Below, in pieces: positions 25,190 to 37,458 of a stretch of DNA of 64,000 nt (position 1 is its first letter; each line of letters starts with the position of its first letter). The notes below the pieces were generated by a model. The model worked only from the letters and a program-made list of their open reading frames with translations. It was not told the origin of the DNA and did no database searches. Made by a program: the position numbers and the translations under genes. The DNA is from Owenia fusiformis (taxonomy: Eukaryota), in assembly GCA_903813345.2 (NCBI GenBank), contig CAIIXF020000001.1:25916001-25980000 (forward strand), given 5' to 3'.

Positions 25190-26195
25190 CCAAATATTAA
25201 ATGGACTCAAAATGATATCTGACTCAATATCCAATGTACTCAAAATAATATGTGACCCAATCACCAATAGACTCACAATGACATGTGATCCAGTGTCCAA
25301 TAGACACACAATGATATGTGACCCAGTGTCCAATGGATGTACAATGATATGTGACCCAGTGTCCAATAGACACACAATGATATGTGACCAAGTGTCCAAT
25401 GGATGCACAATGATATCTGACTCAATATCCAATGTACTCAAAATAATATGTGACCCAATCACCAATAGACTCACAATGACATGTGATCCAGTGTCCAATA
25501 GACACACAATGATATGTGACCCAGTGTCCAATGGATGTACAATGATATGTGACCCAATGTCCAATGGATGCACAATAATATGTGACCAAGTGTCCAATGG
25601 ATGCATAATGATATGTGACCAAGTGTCCAATGGATGCACAATGATATGTGATCCAGTGTCCAATGGATGTACAATGATATGTGACCCAACTTTATTTTTA
25701 AACAATAACTAGCTATTTTAAAATGTTCAAATGTGTCTCATAAGCCCAGATAGGGCTGGTTGTATGATATGATACAAGTGACACTTTAATAAAATAAATA
25801 AATAAATAAATATCCAATGGATGCACAATGATATGTGATCCAGTGTCCAATGGATGTACAATGATATGTGACCCTGTGTCCAATGGATGCACAATGATAT
25901 GTGACCCAGTGTCCAATGGATGTACAATGATATGTGACCCAGTGTCCAATGTATGTACAATGATATGTGACCCAGTAGCCAATGAATGCACAATGATATG
26001 TGACCCAGTAGCCAATGAATGCACAATGATATGTGACCCAGTGTCCAATAGATGCACAATGATATGTGACCCAGTGTCCAATGGATGCACAATGATATGT
26101 GACCCTGTGTCCAATGGATGCACAATGATATGTGACCAAATGTCTAATAGACTCGCAATGATACGTGGCACAATATCCAATGGACTCACAATGTA
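25190..26195. repeat. 33-bp minisatellite (tgcacaatgatatgtgacccagtgtccaatgga), interrupted at ~25690-25812
   Basis: More than 20 units; periodic ORFs in several frames. Confidence 0.95.
25690..25812 (+). mobile_element. Probable 3' end of a non-LTR retroelement inserted in the minisatellite
   Basis: Foreign ~120 bp with a short stem-loop (agccc-agata-gggct), ending in aataaa(ataa)n. Confidence 0.55.
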
Positions 26196-29100
26196 AATGC
26201 TGCACACTTTGAGTGAAATAATCCTTTTTATAAATCCTATATGTGTATAATGCTGAATCTCCTCTGCAGTAGGCTTGACTGGTCAAATAGAGAGATGTTC
26301 TGACATGTTAGACTTGCAACTATGCAGTGTTCCACTTTTATCCTGGTCTTTATCACTTTACACCCTTACATCCAGACTTCAATATGTATGTTCATTCATC
26401 CATCATTGCGTCACCATAAGTATCCTGAGATGGCGATGTGACTGATTACTCACAAGTATAAGCACAATGACACCCTAAGTGCTATGACATCATAAGTACC
26501 CAATTGTTTGAGAATGTCTCAACTGCCAAATCCTAAGAGCATGAAGTGAATGTAAGAATTATCTTTTAGGGGCTTCTTGGACTACAAACTACCCATGAGC
26601 AATGTTTCTAAGATTTATGCCTCCTTCAATGAGCCACTCAACAATTTATTGAGGAGTTTCCCAGACTGATTTGCCTTACTAAATTCTAATAAAAGTAACA
26701 AATATATGACTTTGTGGTTTTCACAGATAACTGGAAGACAAAATTCTGCATTTCTAAGAGTCAACTGCTTTACATCTGTATTGATTATTCTTCAAAAATT
26801 AAATAATTCAATAAATTATCAAAACATATTGGAAATAATGAAGTGAAATGAAAATATATAAATATAAGAAACTTCAACACATTTTTTTCATATAATTGTT
26901 TTATTTGTTTTTCTGTTCTATAATATTTTTATCTTACAGAGTAATGAGGTCTCATGACTCAACATAGTTGAATGTATGTGTTTTTTACAAAACTATTTAG
27001 TCTTAATCAAATCTTGGAAGAAATGCAAAAGGCATGGGTAACATACATGTATACAAGATGTCCTTCAAAGATAAGTAGTCAATGGGAGGAAAAAATGGGA
27101 CTGAAAAAAGTGTTCAGATTGGAAGGTGTTTGGATTAGCCAGGTGTTCAGATACACAGGTTCTACTGTATTACTATCAATTTAACATCCAGCTGAGCAAG
27201 AAACCTGAGAAGATCTCTTGTTTTAGGAATAATCAATTTAATGAAGAAGAACTTGTCATATTTAGCCTTGATGTTTACCCTTTGCAAAAGTTTATCACAC
27301 ACTTTAAATTATTGATAATTCTACAATCTATCCTACAGTGTGTTCACTATCTAAGCACCTCACTCATTTTTCAAGTCATACATATACAGATAGCAATTCA
27401 TAATATGCAGTCAGAAATCAGCACACTTTCCTACCCTTTTCTACCTATAGGCAGCTGACCTCAATTTCACATTCAAACTCCCATGAAAACCCATGAAAGG
27501 TACATTTGAGATCTTAACAGCATTATGGTACTTGGTGTTCTATACCAGTAATTCTATCAATACATTAGGTCCAGCAATAAAGGCAAGTGGAGTTGAAGAT
27601 CGTGTTGCATGTATTCATTGCTCTCTAGAACACTCAGGAAATGAAGAATGGGGAAACAAATTACCGAGATACCTCAGAAGTCAAACACACAATCTCTGTA
27701 ATAATTGGCCTAGAATCAATGGTAGCATCCCTGATAATAATAATATATTTGTGCCTAACTTGTTGACATGATTTTATAAGTTATTTTGGAAAACATATTT
27801 TGGATTTTCTTGACTTTCTTGTTTGGACTAAGTAGATTCTAGACAAAACATACTTTTACATATACTCCTCATTTAATTTATGTCATCTGTTACTTTCCTA
27901 GATTTAATTCAAAATGTTACGCCACTTATATATAGGTTAATCATCATTTGAAATATATTTATCATTAGTTATATCTAAATCATCATATGAAACCTACATC
28001 ATCACTTTCTATCACTGATAATCATTTTTGAAATATGTATTTCATCACTGTGACTAGTATCATCATTTGAAATATATTTTTTATCATCACTTGATGTCAT
28101 CACACGATATATATTTTTTATCATCACTTGATGTCATCATTTGAAATATATCTTTCATCATCACTTCTATCTAAAGCATCATTTGAAAGTGAACCAAGAA
28201 TCAGATGCATTCATCAAAGTGATAGCAAAGAATAAACTTTTAAATAACTGTGTGTTTCCAACATTGCCTCTCTGTCATCAAATCTTAATTACATGACCTA
28301 AATAAGAATTGAGATATGAAATGAGTTATTGAAAATGGTTCTGGAAGAAGTCATGAAACAGCAAATTCTCAAACAACATACGCAGTTCATATCGCATGAA
28401 CATGAAGTCATTTAATTCATAACCAGTTTTGAAAACATATCAAAATGTATATATCTACAGTTTAAGTAAAGAACACAATGTTTGATCATAAATGTGCAAT
28501 AAGACACAAATCTTATGACTTACCTTGTATGGCATCACAGCAGATAGAAATACATGTATGAAAGAGAGATGAATACACAGATAGCGTATATAATAATCAA
28601 TGAGTCAAATTACACTACCAAATTCCTCCACATTCAGTTGAGCATACTGTACTCTAATAACAATTATAAGCTATTATATAGGGACTATCTCAGGATTTTC
28701 CCAATATATGACAATATGTACAATATATTCCCCAATATATGACAATATGTATTATATATTCCCAACAGATGGGCAATTTGGAGTTTCATAAATTAAATTA
28801 CCGTGATAAAATCTCTTACAAATAAAAATCCACGTTATGAATCGTCTTCAAATAATCAATAATACTGCATACCTAAAATCCTTGTTTGTTGTCCAAAAGT
28901 GTAAAAACATAAAAATGAATCTATGATTTAGAAAATTGTTATTGACAAAACCGTGAAATAAGCTGACCAATGCCCAACCTTTTGGAAAGAGATTATTCCG
29001 ATAAACACAGAGTAATACTGGATAATTGAAATTCCCATAGAGCAGCAGAAAAAATATCACCACCCTAGAGGAATCGGTGATTACAAAGCGCTGTGCTGCG

Positions 29101-29447
29101 CTGTATTTTGAGAGATAACATTGTTTGGTTTGAGTGCGTTACTTACAATATTGATTGCTTCACAGAATTAATCATAACAGAGCCACTGACTTCTATTTAC
29201 CACCATTACTTGTTTACTTGGCAGATAGCGATTAACATTTTCCTAACTTCCACTTGAACAAAATGGGATGCATTAAATAATTCGTATTTCTAGGTTTTTC
29301 ACTTACTCCATCAATTCTTCATGTAAACAACAATGTTACAACAACAACCATATTTAATGACATTCTTGATGGACTGTAATTCATTCAATCCTTTACTAAT
29401 CAAATAAATAGCTTTCAGATTAATACTGAATCAAATAAAACATAACA

Positions 29448-30520
29448 TTAGGCTTTAAGACTTAGTAATGAAATAGAAGTACAATGTGAGGCTTTAAGAC
29501 CTAGTAATGAAATAGAAGCACTACATGAGGTAAGACCTTGTAATGATATAGAAGCACTGCATGAGGTAAGACCTAGTAATGAAGCAGAAGCACTACATGA
29601 GGCTTTAAGACCTAGTAATGAAATAAAAGCACTACATGAGGTAAGACCTAGTAATGAAATAGAATCACTACATGAGGCTTTAAGACCTAGTAATGAAACA
29701 GAAGCACTACATTAGGTAAGACCTAGTAATGAAATAGAATCACTACATGAGGCTTTAAGGATGCAGTACCGGGTCGGTTTTCACGTCTGTTTGCGCAGGT
29801 TTTACTTCCGGTTTGAGAAAGCTAGCTCCCAAGAACGTCATTTTCGCATTTAGTCTTATTCAAAAATTATAGTTTATTTCGGTAATGGTGTTTCCAGAAA
29901 AGAATTAAATTGCAAACATTTTATCAAGCATATTTTATCCCTTTCACTTTTATGGGAAAACTTGAGTCACAATTAGTGGATACGAAAACCAGGGTTCGAA
30001 AGGTGCCAGCTCTATTGGAAACTCAAAAAAGTAAAAAGATTCATTTTGGGTGGGTAAAATAATATTTTTATTTTGTAATTACCAGACGGTCAATCCTCTT
30101 CATATTGCACTTGGATGATGATAACATCATAGTGATACATTGTAAAAAATATGAGCAAAATCTAATGTCTGGAACTTTTTCTACGCTGACCTGGTACTGC
30201 ATCCTTAAGACCTAGTAATGAAATAAAAGCACTACATGAGGCTTTAAGACCTAGTAATGAAACAGAAGCACTGCATGAGGTAAGACCTGGTAATTAAATA
30301 GAATCACTACATAAGGCTTTAAGACCTAGTAATGAAATAGAATCACTACATAAGGCTGTAAGACCTAGTAATGAAATAGAACCACTACGTGAGGCTTTAA
30401 GACCTAGTAATTAAATAGAATCACTACATAAGGCTTTAAGACCTAGTAATGAAATAGAATCACTACATGAGGCTTTAAGACCTAGTAATGAATGAAACAG
30501 AAGCACTACACAAGACTACA
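29448..30520. repeat. 36/39-bp minisatellite (gaggctttaagacctagtaatgaaatagaagcactacat) split by a MITE
   Basis: Repeated units on both sides of 29759-30204. Confidence 0.92.
29759..30204. mobile_element. Non-autonomous Kolobok-like DNA transposon, 446 bp, TTAA TSD
   Basis: TTAA at 29755-58 and 30205-08; TIR GGATGCAGTACC / GGTACTGCATCC; the empty site ggcTTTAAgacc is seen in neighbouring repeat units. Confidence 0.85.
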
Positions 30521-32963
30521 TAATGATGGATTACATCAGTGCCACGTGCAACTTAGAATCCTAAGTAATGAATGAATCAGAATATCAGGATATGGAATGA
30601 CATTTTAGTAGTCACAAGGGTTCTCACAAGCATGATTCACATACAGCGTGTACCTTACTATTACAATAGATCAGATAAGTGTGAAATCTAATAATATGGC
30701 AATCCCATAAAGTCTCCCTCAAATCGGGGTTCCCCTAAAAAATAATAATGTGAATATGATAGTAAAAGTAAAAAGTGGACAATCATGGTTTACAGTACCG
30801 AGATATAATTTGACAGTCAACAAATTGAAGAATACAAGGTGAAGTGCATATATCTATCACAATTATCTATTCCATGTCCAATATTACTACTGAAACGATC
30901 CCCTTGCATGATACCACAAGCTGCTAAAGCCATGAAAATATTGACATTCATAAAATATCAATGAGCTTAAAGCGAATTATAGGTGTTCATCTACTATAGG
31001 GAGCTTAACGTTAATTACTCTTTCTGCAAACGACCTTAATGAGGAACTGCATTGATTAAGTATTCAGGCTGGTATTGCACTCTACAACAGTAAATAACAC
31101 GACCTATCTGACATGTTAACGAACTGGTCAATGAGTTATTCTCCTGAGGTTATCTACGATGTTCGAGGTATTATTGAGTGAGCTGATGAATCGCTAAATG
31201 TTTCATTCAGATTGAGTACTTATACACTAGTACCTGCAATAAGAAGAGACTTAGTGCATAGTACCTTAAAATTTTTCTTGTTTTAGGTTAAGTATTGTAC
31301 TGTATAAGTCAGTGATATTGGCACCTTTAAAGTGTTATGAAGGCTAAAATCAAAAATAATGCATTGCAAGAGCTTGCTTTTCCTTGAACTATTTTCACAG
31401 GATATCTTTATCTAAGCCTATATCCATTCATAATATATAGCTAGTAACCTACTATAATATACTACATTTTCTGCCTATAGGAGCTGACATTCATTACACA
31501 TTCAGTCGCTCATAAAAAACATAAAAGTTACATTTGATATCATTAAGATCTTATCTGTATCAAAATTATAAGTTAAATATAGAAGTTAGAGGATAGGCTG
31601 ACAATGGAAATGTAGGTAGAATAGGTCTGGTCAATATACAATAAAACATAGATATGGTATAGTATGGTTTGAAAATACATAGGCTGAAAATTTCTCAGTT
31701 AAAAACTATACTTTCACTCACCCTAGCCACAATACCCTCTGACTATCAAGATAAGTTACACTTTTGATGCTTTTGATGATCTCAAATGGATCTTTCATGG
31801 CGTTTTTTAGGAAGTATGATAATGGATGAATCTTAGCTATCAATATACAAAAATATAGTGTTGTGATTCCCTAGTTTCATAATCTGATAGGATACTGGCT
31901 CAAATCAAAGAATCATATCTGATTCAAAGAGGTCAGATAAACTTTAGCTCTTGCGAAGGGTTATTCCAATGGTACTGTATTATATTGTACCATATTCCAT
32001 GCAGATACAATATGCAAGAATATATCATATCTATAAATATATTTTACTTCTAACAAAATGAATCAATCTCAGTGAATTACAGGCTGAATCCCCATCTAAA
32101 TCTCATTTTACTCTGTAATTTCCTTACATAATTGGGACACATTACAAGTTACTCCTAGAGAGAGAGGAAGTGGAACTTGTTCACTAACGAATTGTTCAGT
32201 AACTTGTCATCCTCCAACAAATGACTACAGGACTTGTTCTCTCTGGATCTTAGAGCCATGCAGGTGGAGGGTGGTATAATGTGTCAAGACATTTAATTAT
32301 ATGTGTCAGTTCATTGACCCATGAGTAACTAAGATAGCTGAATTGGTGCATTTGTATATGAGCCAAAAACATCCACTATTGTCGAGTTTCAAATTCTCAA
32401 TAGAAAAAAGCGGAATATAAATGTACAGCATGTTTCGAAAGTAATTTGACTAGTGATAGCACTTTGTTAATTCTACACCAAGTGTCTTCAAAATTTTACA
32501 TTATGTACTTTTAAGTATTCCAAGTATTTACTTCTGGAACACCCTGTATATACTATAGCAGAGCTTTTAGACTTTATGACAAAGGGTAAGACATTCACCT
32601 GTCATGACCACTTATCTATTTTAAATTGCTTTACATCCTTCAATGCAGAATTGCAATATCCATAATAATATTTGTTTCCCCTTCACCCAGGATAATCAAT
32701 TCAAAATAGGTCAAGCTTATAACCTCGTAATTAATAGATGGTGCATAGATTTCATTCCCAGTTATGATATGACTGCACTATATCTGCACCTATTGTATGT
32801 TTGGAGGAATTCAGATTGAGGAAGAAGGAGAATGGTTCTACAGCCCTGCAATTGGAGGTTGGAAAGGCTACACTGATGGAGTTTAACACACTGTGATTGT
32901 CCTGGACATACCAGTTGTATCAGTTCTTGCTTTGCAGCATTTCAAGACAGTTTCAAAGCTTAC

Positions 32964-33242
32964 CTCAGCTTTTGTTTCTCCCCATTAGCTGCCCTGGGAA
33001 GAGTGTCTGGAGACTTATTCATATTGCCTGATGGAGTCCTGTTCATAGTGCTAGGGGGTGTCCGCGTCATTGTTCCTGGGGGTGTCCGCGTCATAGTCCC
33101 TGGGGGAGACCGTGTCACTATACTATGGTTGTTGCGGTTCATTGTACTAGGGGGTGTTAGGGTCATGGTCCCTGGGGGCGTACGTGATGATCCCGCATCG
33201 ATTCCAGAGCGAGAATCAAAACTAGAATAGTGGCGGTTTGGA
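32964..33242 (-). CDS. Dyb: Dystrobrevin putative cassette exon 10 with (TRTPPGTM)-like repeats
   Basis: tttcag acceptor, gtaagc donor; 279 nt, open, symmetric phase 2-2; a GC-rich island in an AT-rich intron. Confidence 0.75.
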
Positions 33243-33869
33243 CTGAAAGCATTAAAGAGATTATTATTAGATTCCTATGTAACGCAATAAAAATACCTCT
33301 TTAAAAACCTTTTACCATGATCTGAATAGCCTTCAGCTGTAGAAATAACATATTTGTTATATAACATTGCCGCATAATTATAGAATAATAGAAGCAATAT
33401 ATTAGCATGAAAAATAGAGCATTAAGTCAATACGCTAAGGATAAAAGAAAGAAAAATATTGGATCATTAATCCGTTAAGAGAACAAAGCTAGAGTATTCA
33501 ATCATATTCAATGGAGTCAGATCCCACAATGGCTGAATATTCTATTTAATCAAACTGATTTCATAATTAATATTTGGGTAAGATTTCTGTGTATTTTTGT
33601 ATGTAATGTCATTGTAGATATGAATATGTGGGAGTAATCCTCACTTCAGTGCATGTTACATGGTTAAGTAAGTGTCTAAGCAAGCAGTTATAAAAGAGAC
33701 AAGCAAACATGTACAAATTAGATTAGTAACTTTACAATGATTCATTTCAGTGCAATCAAACAATTGATAACCTAGTATTCTCCATTTCTTCCGTTCCGTT
33801 CAAGGATATGTTTTCGAGCTTGTTCTGAATTATTGATTTTGGAAAGTCATTTCAGACGATGAAATGTTG

Positions 33870-34125
33870 CTGTCTGACCTATAATACGTGACCATGACCT
33901 ACTCTTTCTGACCTTGATCTCCTGAACTGAACCTTGAACTACCGTACTTGACCTTCAAATAATATAACTGACCTTGAACAACAGTATCTGACATAGACCC
34001 CCTTACGTGACCTTGACCCAGTGTACCTGACCTTGAAACAATGTACCTGACTTTGAACTACTATACTTGACCTTGAACTATTTAAGCTATGGTAACCCTG
34101 AACTATTTTGCCAGACCTTGAAACA
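33870..34125. repeat. tgaccttga-motif degenerate repeat (HINE-like internal repeat)
   Basis: About ten tgacctt(g)a motifs. Confidence 0.6.
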
Positions 34126-35059
34126 GACATCCTCAAGACAGAATAATCATATTATATTGTCTCCTTGTACATGTACATTTAATATACACACTTGAAATGT
34201 GAACGAATATTACATAAGAATATTGTCCAGAATTATGATTTTTTCTTTTCAAGAGCAAACTGCAACATCTTATCTTGTACAAGCAACACTTTATTTCCTC
34301 ACCATGGGAACCCAATAAATCTAGAATTTATGGAATATTTCATCGGAAGTTGCATCAATTTATTATTTCCATGTTTCCTTAGTCTTCTACTATATTAGTT
34401 ACGATGAATGCTGAAGAAGACAATACATATAAAAATACCCAGTGTTATCAAGTTGTGATTATATGGGCATATTTTATGAAAATGAAATAAACAAAATTAT
34501 TTACGAAATTCTGTATTGAAAAAATCTGATTCTGAACTAATTCATATACAATTGTACAATGTCATGTATATAATGCAAGGCAGGCTTCTCCAGGTAAAAC
34601 CTGTTTTACCTACTTGAACCAAGTCATTGATAATCATAGATTAAAACTTAGACAATGATGATTAGTGGTTAACATTGTGACAAACATAGAAACATGCAAA
34701 ATGTGCTTTCTAGGTATGTCTTACACTTAATTCCACACAAAATCACTTTTGATCATGAGATAGGTGATAAAATCAAATTTTGATCATAAAAATAGAAAAA
34801 ATTCCTCGAGATTCTATATCTTTAACTAAGTGGTCAAACAAAATAGATTTTGTATAGAATTTAGTAGAAACCATTGAGAAGACCCCTAAGCAGCATACCC
34901 CTGGATCACCATGGGTGGACAAGAAGCAATAGGTAAAGTCCACCAATCTTTATGCAAGCTATAATAGTCAACAATTAAACGGACAGAAAAGGGCAGACAT
35001 AAGTTGATGGTAACATTTTCATTTTAGTGCCTTTTTCAATTTTCAACATTATATTATAA

Positions 35060-35550
35060 TTGGTACTATTAGACACTACATAGTACCATGGCTGGTACTG
35101 TTGGACACTACATAGTACCATGGCTTGTACTGTTAGACACTACATAGTACCATGGCTGGTACTGTTGGACACTACATAATATTATGATTGGTACCATTAG
35201 ACACTACATAGTACTATAATTGGTACCATTGGACACTAAATAGTACCATGCCTGGTAGTGTTAGATACTACATAATATCGTAATTGGTACCATTGGAAAT
35301 ACTACATAATACTATGATTGGTACCATAGTACGGTTCACAGTATTATAACTGGTACCATTGTAGACATTATATGGTACTATTGAACACTATACATAGTGC
35401 TATGATTGGTAGACACTACATAATATTATAATTGATACCATTAGACATTACATAGCACAATGATTGGTACCATTTAACACAACATGTACTAAGATTGGTA
35501 CCATTAGACACTGCATGTACATGGGATTGGTATTATGGGACACTGCATAT
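35060..35550. repeat. 32-bp minisatellite (gacactacatagtaccatggctggtactgttg), degenerating rightwards
   Basis: gacacta recurs at 35072, 35104, 35136, 35168 and 35200. Confidence 0.88.
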
Positions 35551-35580
35551 GATTGTTCCATTAGTCCCAATGTATGATTT

Positions 35581-37395
35581 GACAAGGCATTAACATGACA
35601 AAATGTCACCACCTAGTTGCTCACAATATTATGAGTTCAAACTTAATATAAGTCAGATTTGAATTTCTGAGAACTTGTAAAGTCAAATTTGAACTTCTGA
35701 AAAGATGTAGATGATTTTGAAAAAAAAATTTGGTCAATTTGAAGCAAGTTGAAAACAGACCTTTTTGACCTTTTTTGACCTTGAGAAGGTCATTAAAGGT
35801 CAAATGTCAAATCTAAAGTCAGATTTGAATTTCTGAGAACATGTAGATGATTTTGAAAAAAAAAATTAGTCAATTTGAAGCAAGTTGAAAAAAGACCTTT
35901 TTGACCTTTTTTGACCTTGAGAAGGTCAAATGTCAAATCTAAAGTCAAATCTAAAGTCATATTTGAATTTCTGAGAACATGTAGAATGTAGATGATTTTG
36001 AAAAAAAATTTAGTCAATTTGAAGCAAGATGAAAAAATACCTTTTTGACCTTTTTTGACATTGAGAAGGTCATTGAAGGTCAAATGTCAAATCTAAAGTC
36101 AGGTTTGAATTTCTGAGAACATGTAGATGATTTTGAAAAAAGATTTTAGTCAATTTGAAGCAAGTTGAAAACAGACCTTTTTTGACCTTGAGAAGGTCAA
36201 ATGTCAAATCTAAAGTCAGATTTGAATTTCTGAGAACATGTAGATGATTTTGAAAATTTTTTTTAGTCAATTTGAAGCAAGTTGAAAAAAGACCTTTTTG
36301 ACCTTTTTTGACTTTGGGAAGGTCATTGAAGGTCAAATGTCAAATCTTAAGTCAAATCTAAAGTCAGATTTGAATTTCTGAGAACACGAAGATGATTTTG
36401 AAAATTTTTTTTAGTCAATTTGAAGCAAGTTGAAAACAGACCTTTTTGACCTTGAGAAGGTCATTGAAGGTCAAATGTCAAATCTTAAGTCAAATCTTAA
36501 GTCAGATTTGAATTTCTGAGAACACGTAGATGATTTTGAAAAAAAAATTTAGTCAATTTGAAGCAAGTTGAAAACAGACCTTTTTTGACCTTGAGAAGGT
36601 CATTGAAGGTCAAATGTCAAATCTAAAGTCAGATTTGAATTTCTGAGAACATGTAGATGATTTTGAAAAAAAAATTTAGTCAATTTGAAGCAAGTTGAAA
36701 AAAGACCTTTTTGACCTTTTTTGACTCAAATCTAAAGTCAGATTTGAATTTCTGAGAACACGTAGATGATTTTGAAAATTTTTTTTAGTCAATTTGAAGC
36801 AAGTTGAAAACAGACCTTTTTGACCTTTTTTGACCTTGAGAAGGTCAAATGTCAAATCTTAAGTCAAATCTTAAGTCAGATTTGAATTTCTGAGAACACG
36901 TAGATGATTTTGAAAAAAAAATTTAGTCAATTTGAAGCAAGTTGAAAACAGACCTTTTTGACCTTTTTTGACCTTGAGAAGGTCATTGAAGGTCAAATGT
37001 CAAATCTAAAGTCAGATTTGAAGGTCAAATGTCAAATCTAAAGTCAGATTTGAATTTCTGAGAACATGTAGATGATTTTGAAAAAAAATTTAGTCAATGT
37101 GAAGCATGTTGAAAAAAGACCTTTTTGACCTTGAGAAGGTCATTGAAGGTCAAATGTCAAATCTAGTCAGATTTGAACTTCTGAGAACATGTAGATGATT
37201 TAGAAAAAAATTGAAGTCAGTCTAAACAGTATTTGTTAAGTTATAGGAAGTTGTAAGAAATTGTTACAGACGCCGGACGCCAACCGCCGGACGCCAACCG
37301 CCGGACGCCAACCACCAACCGCCGGACGCCAACCGCCGTCGCAAAAAAAAACGGAGACCATAACAATATGTCACCACTTTTGGTGGTGACATAAC
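35581..37395 (+). mobile_element. Helentron/HINE-like non-autonomous element carrying a ~125-150 bp satellite array
   Basis: 5' acaaggcattaac...atgtcaccac, about a dozen internal monomers, a (ccggacgccaaccg)n short repeat, and a 3' hairpin tatgtcaccac-ttttg-gtggtgacata. A shorter sibling lies at 51715-52130. Confidence 0.75.
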
Positions 37396-37458
37396 AAATA
37401 GATTGATATGATTAAAGCCCTAATGCATTGGCATTCCACATGAATGGTATCACTATTA

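Noticed and set aside
25187-26286. Cys/His-rich periodic ORFs (MICDPVSNGCT)n and (HIIVHPLDTGS)n
   Set aside because: Open in many frames on both strands because of the 33-bp repeat, and interrupted by an insertion; not a metallothionein-like gene.
35621-36336. Three similar ORFs MTFNDLLKVKKGQKG...
   Set aside because: Translations of satellite monomers.
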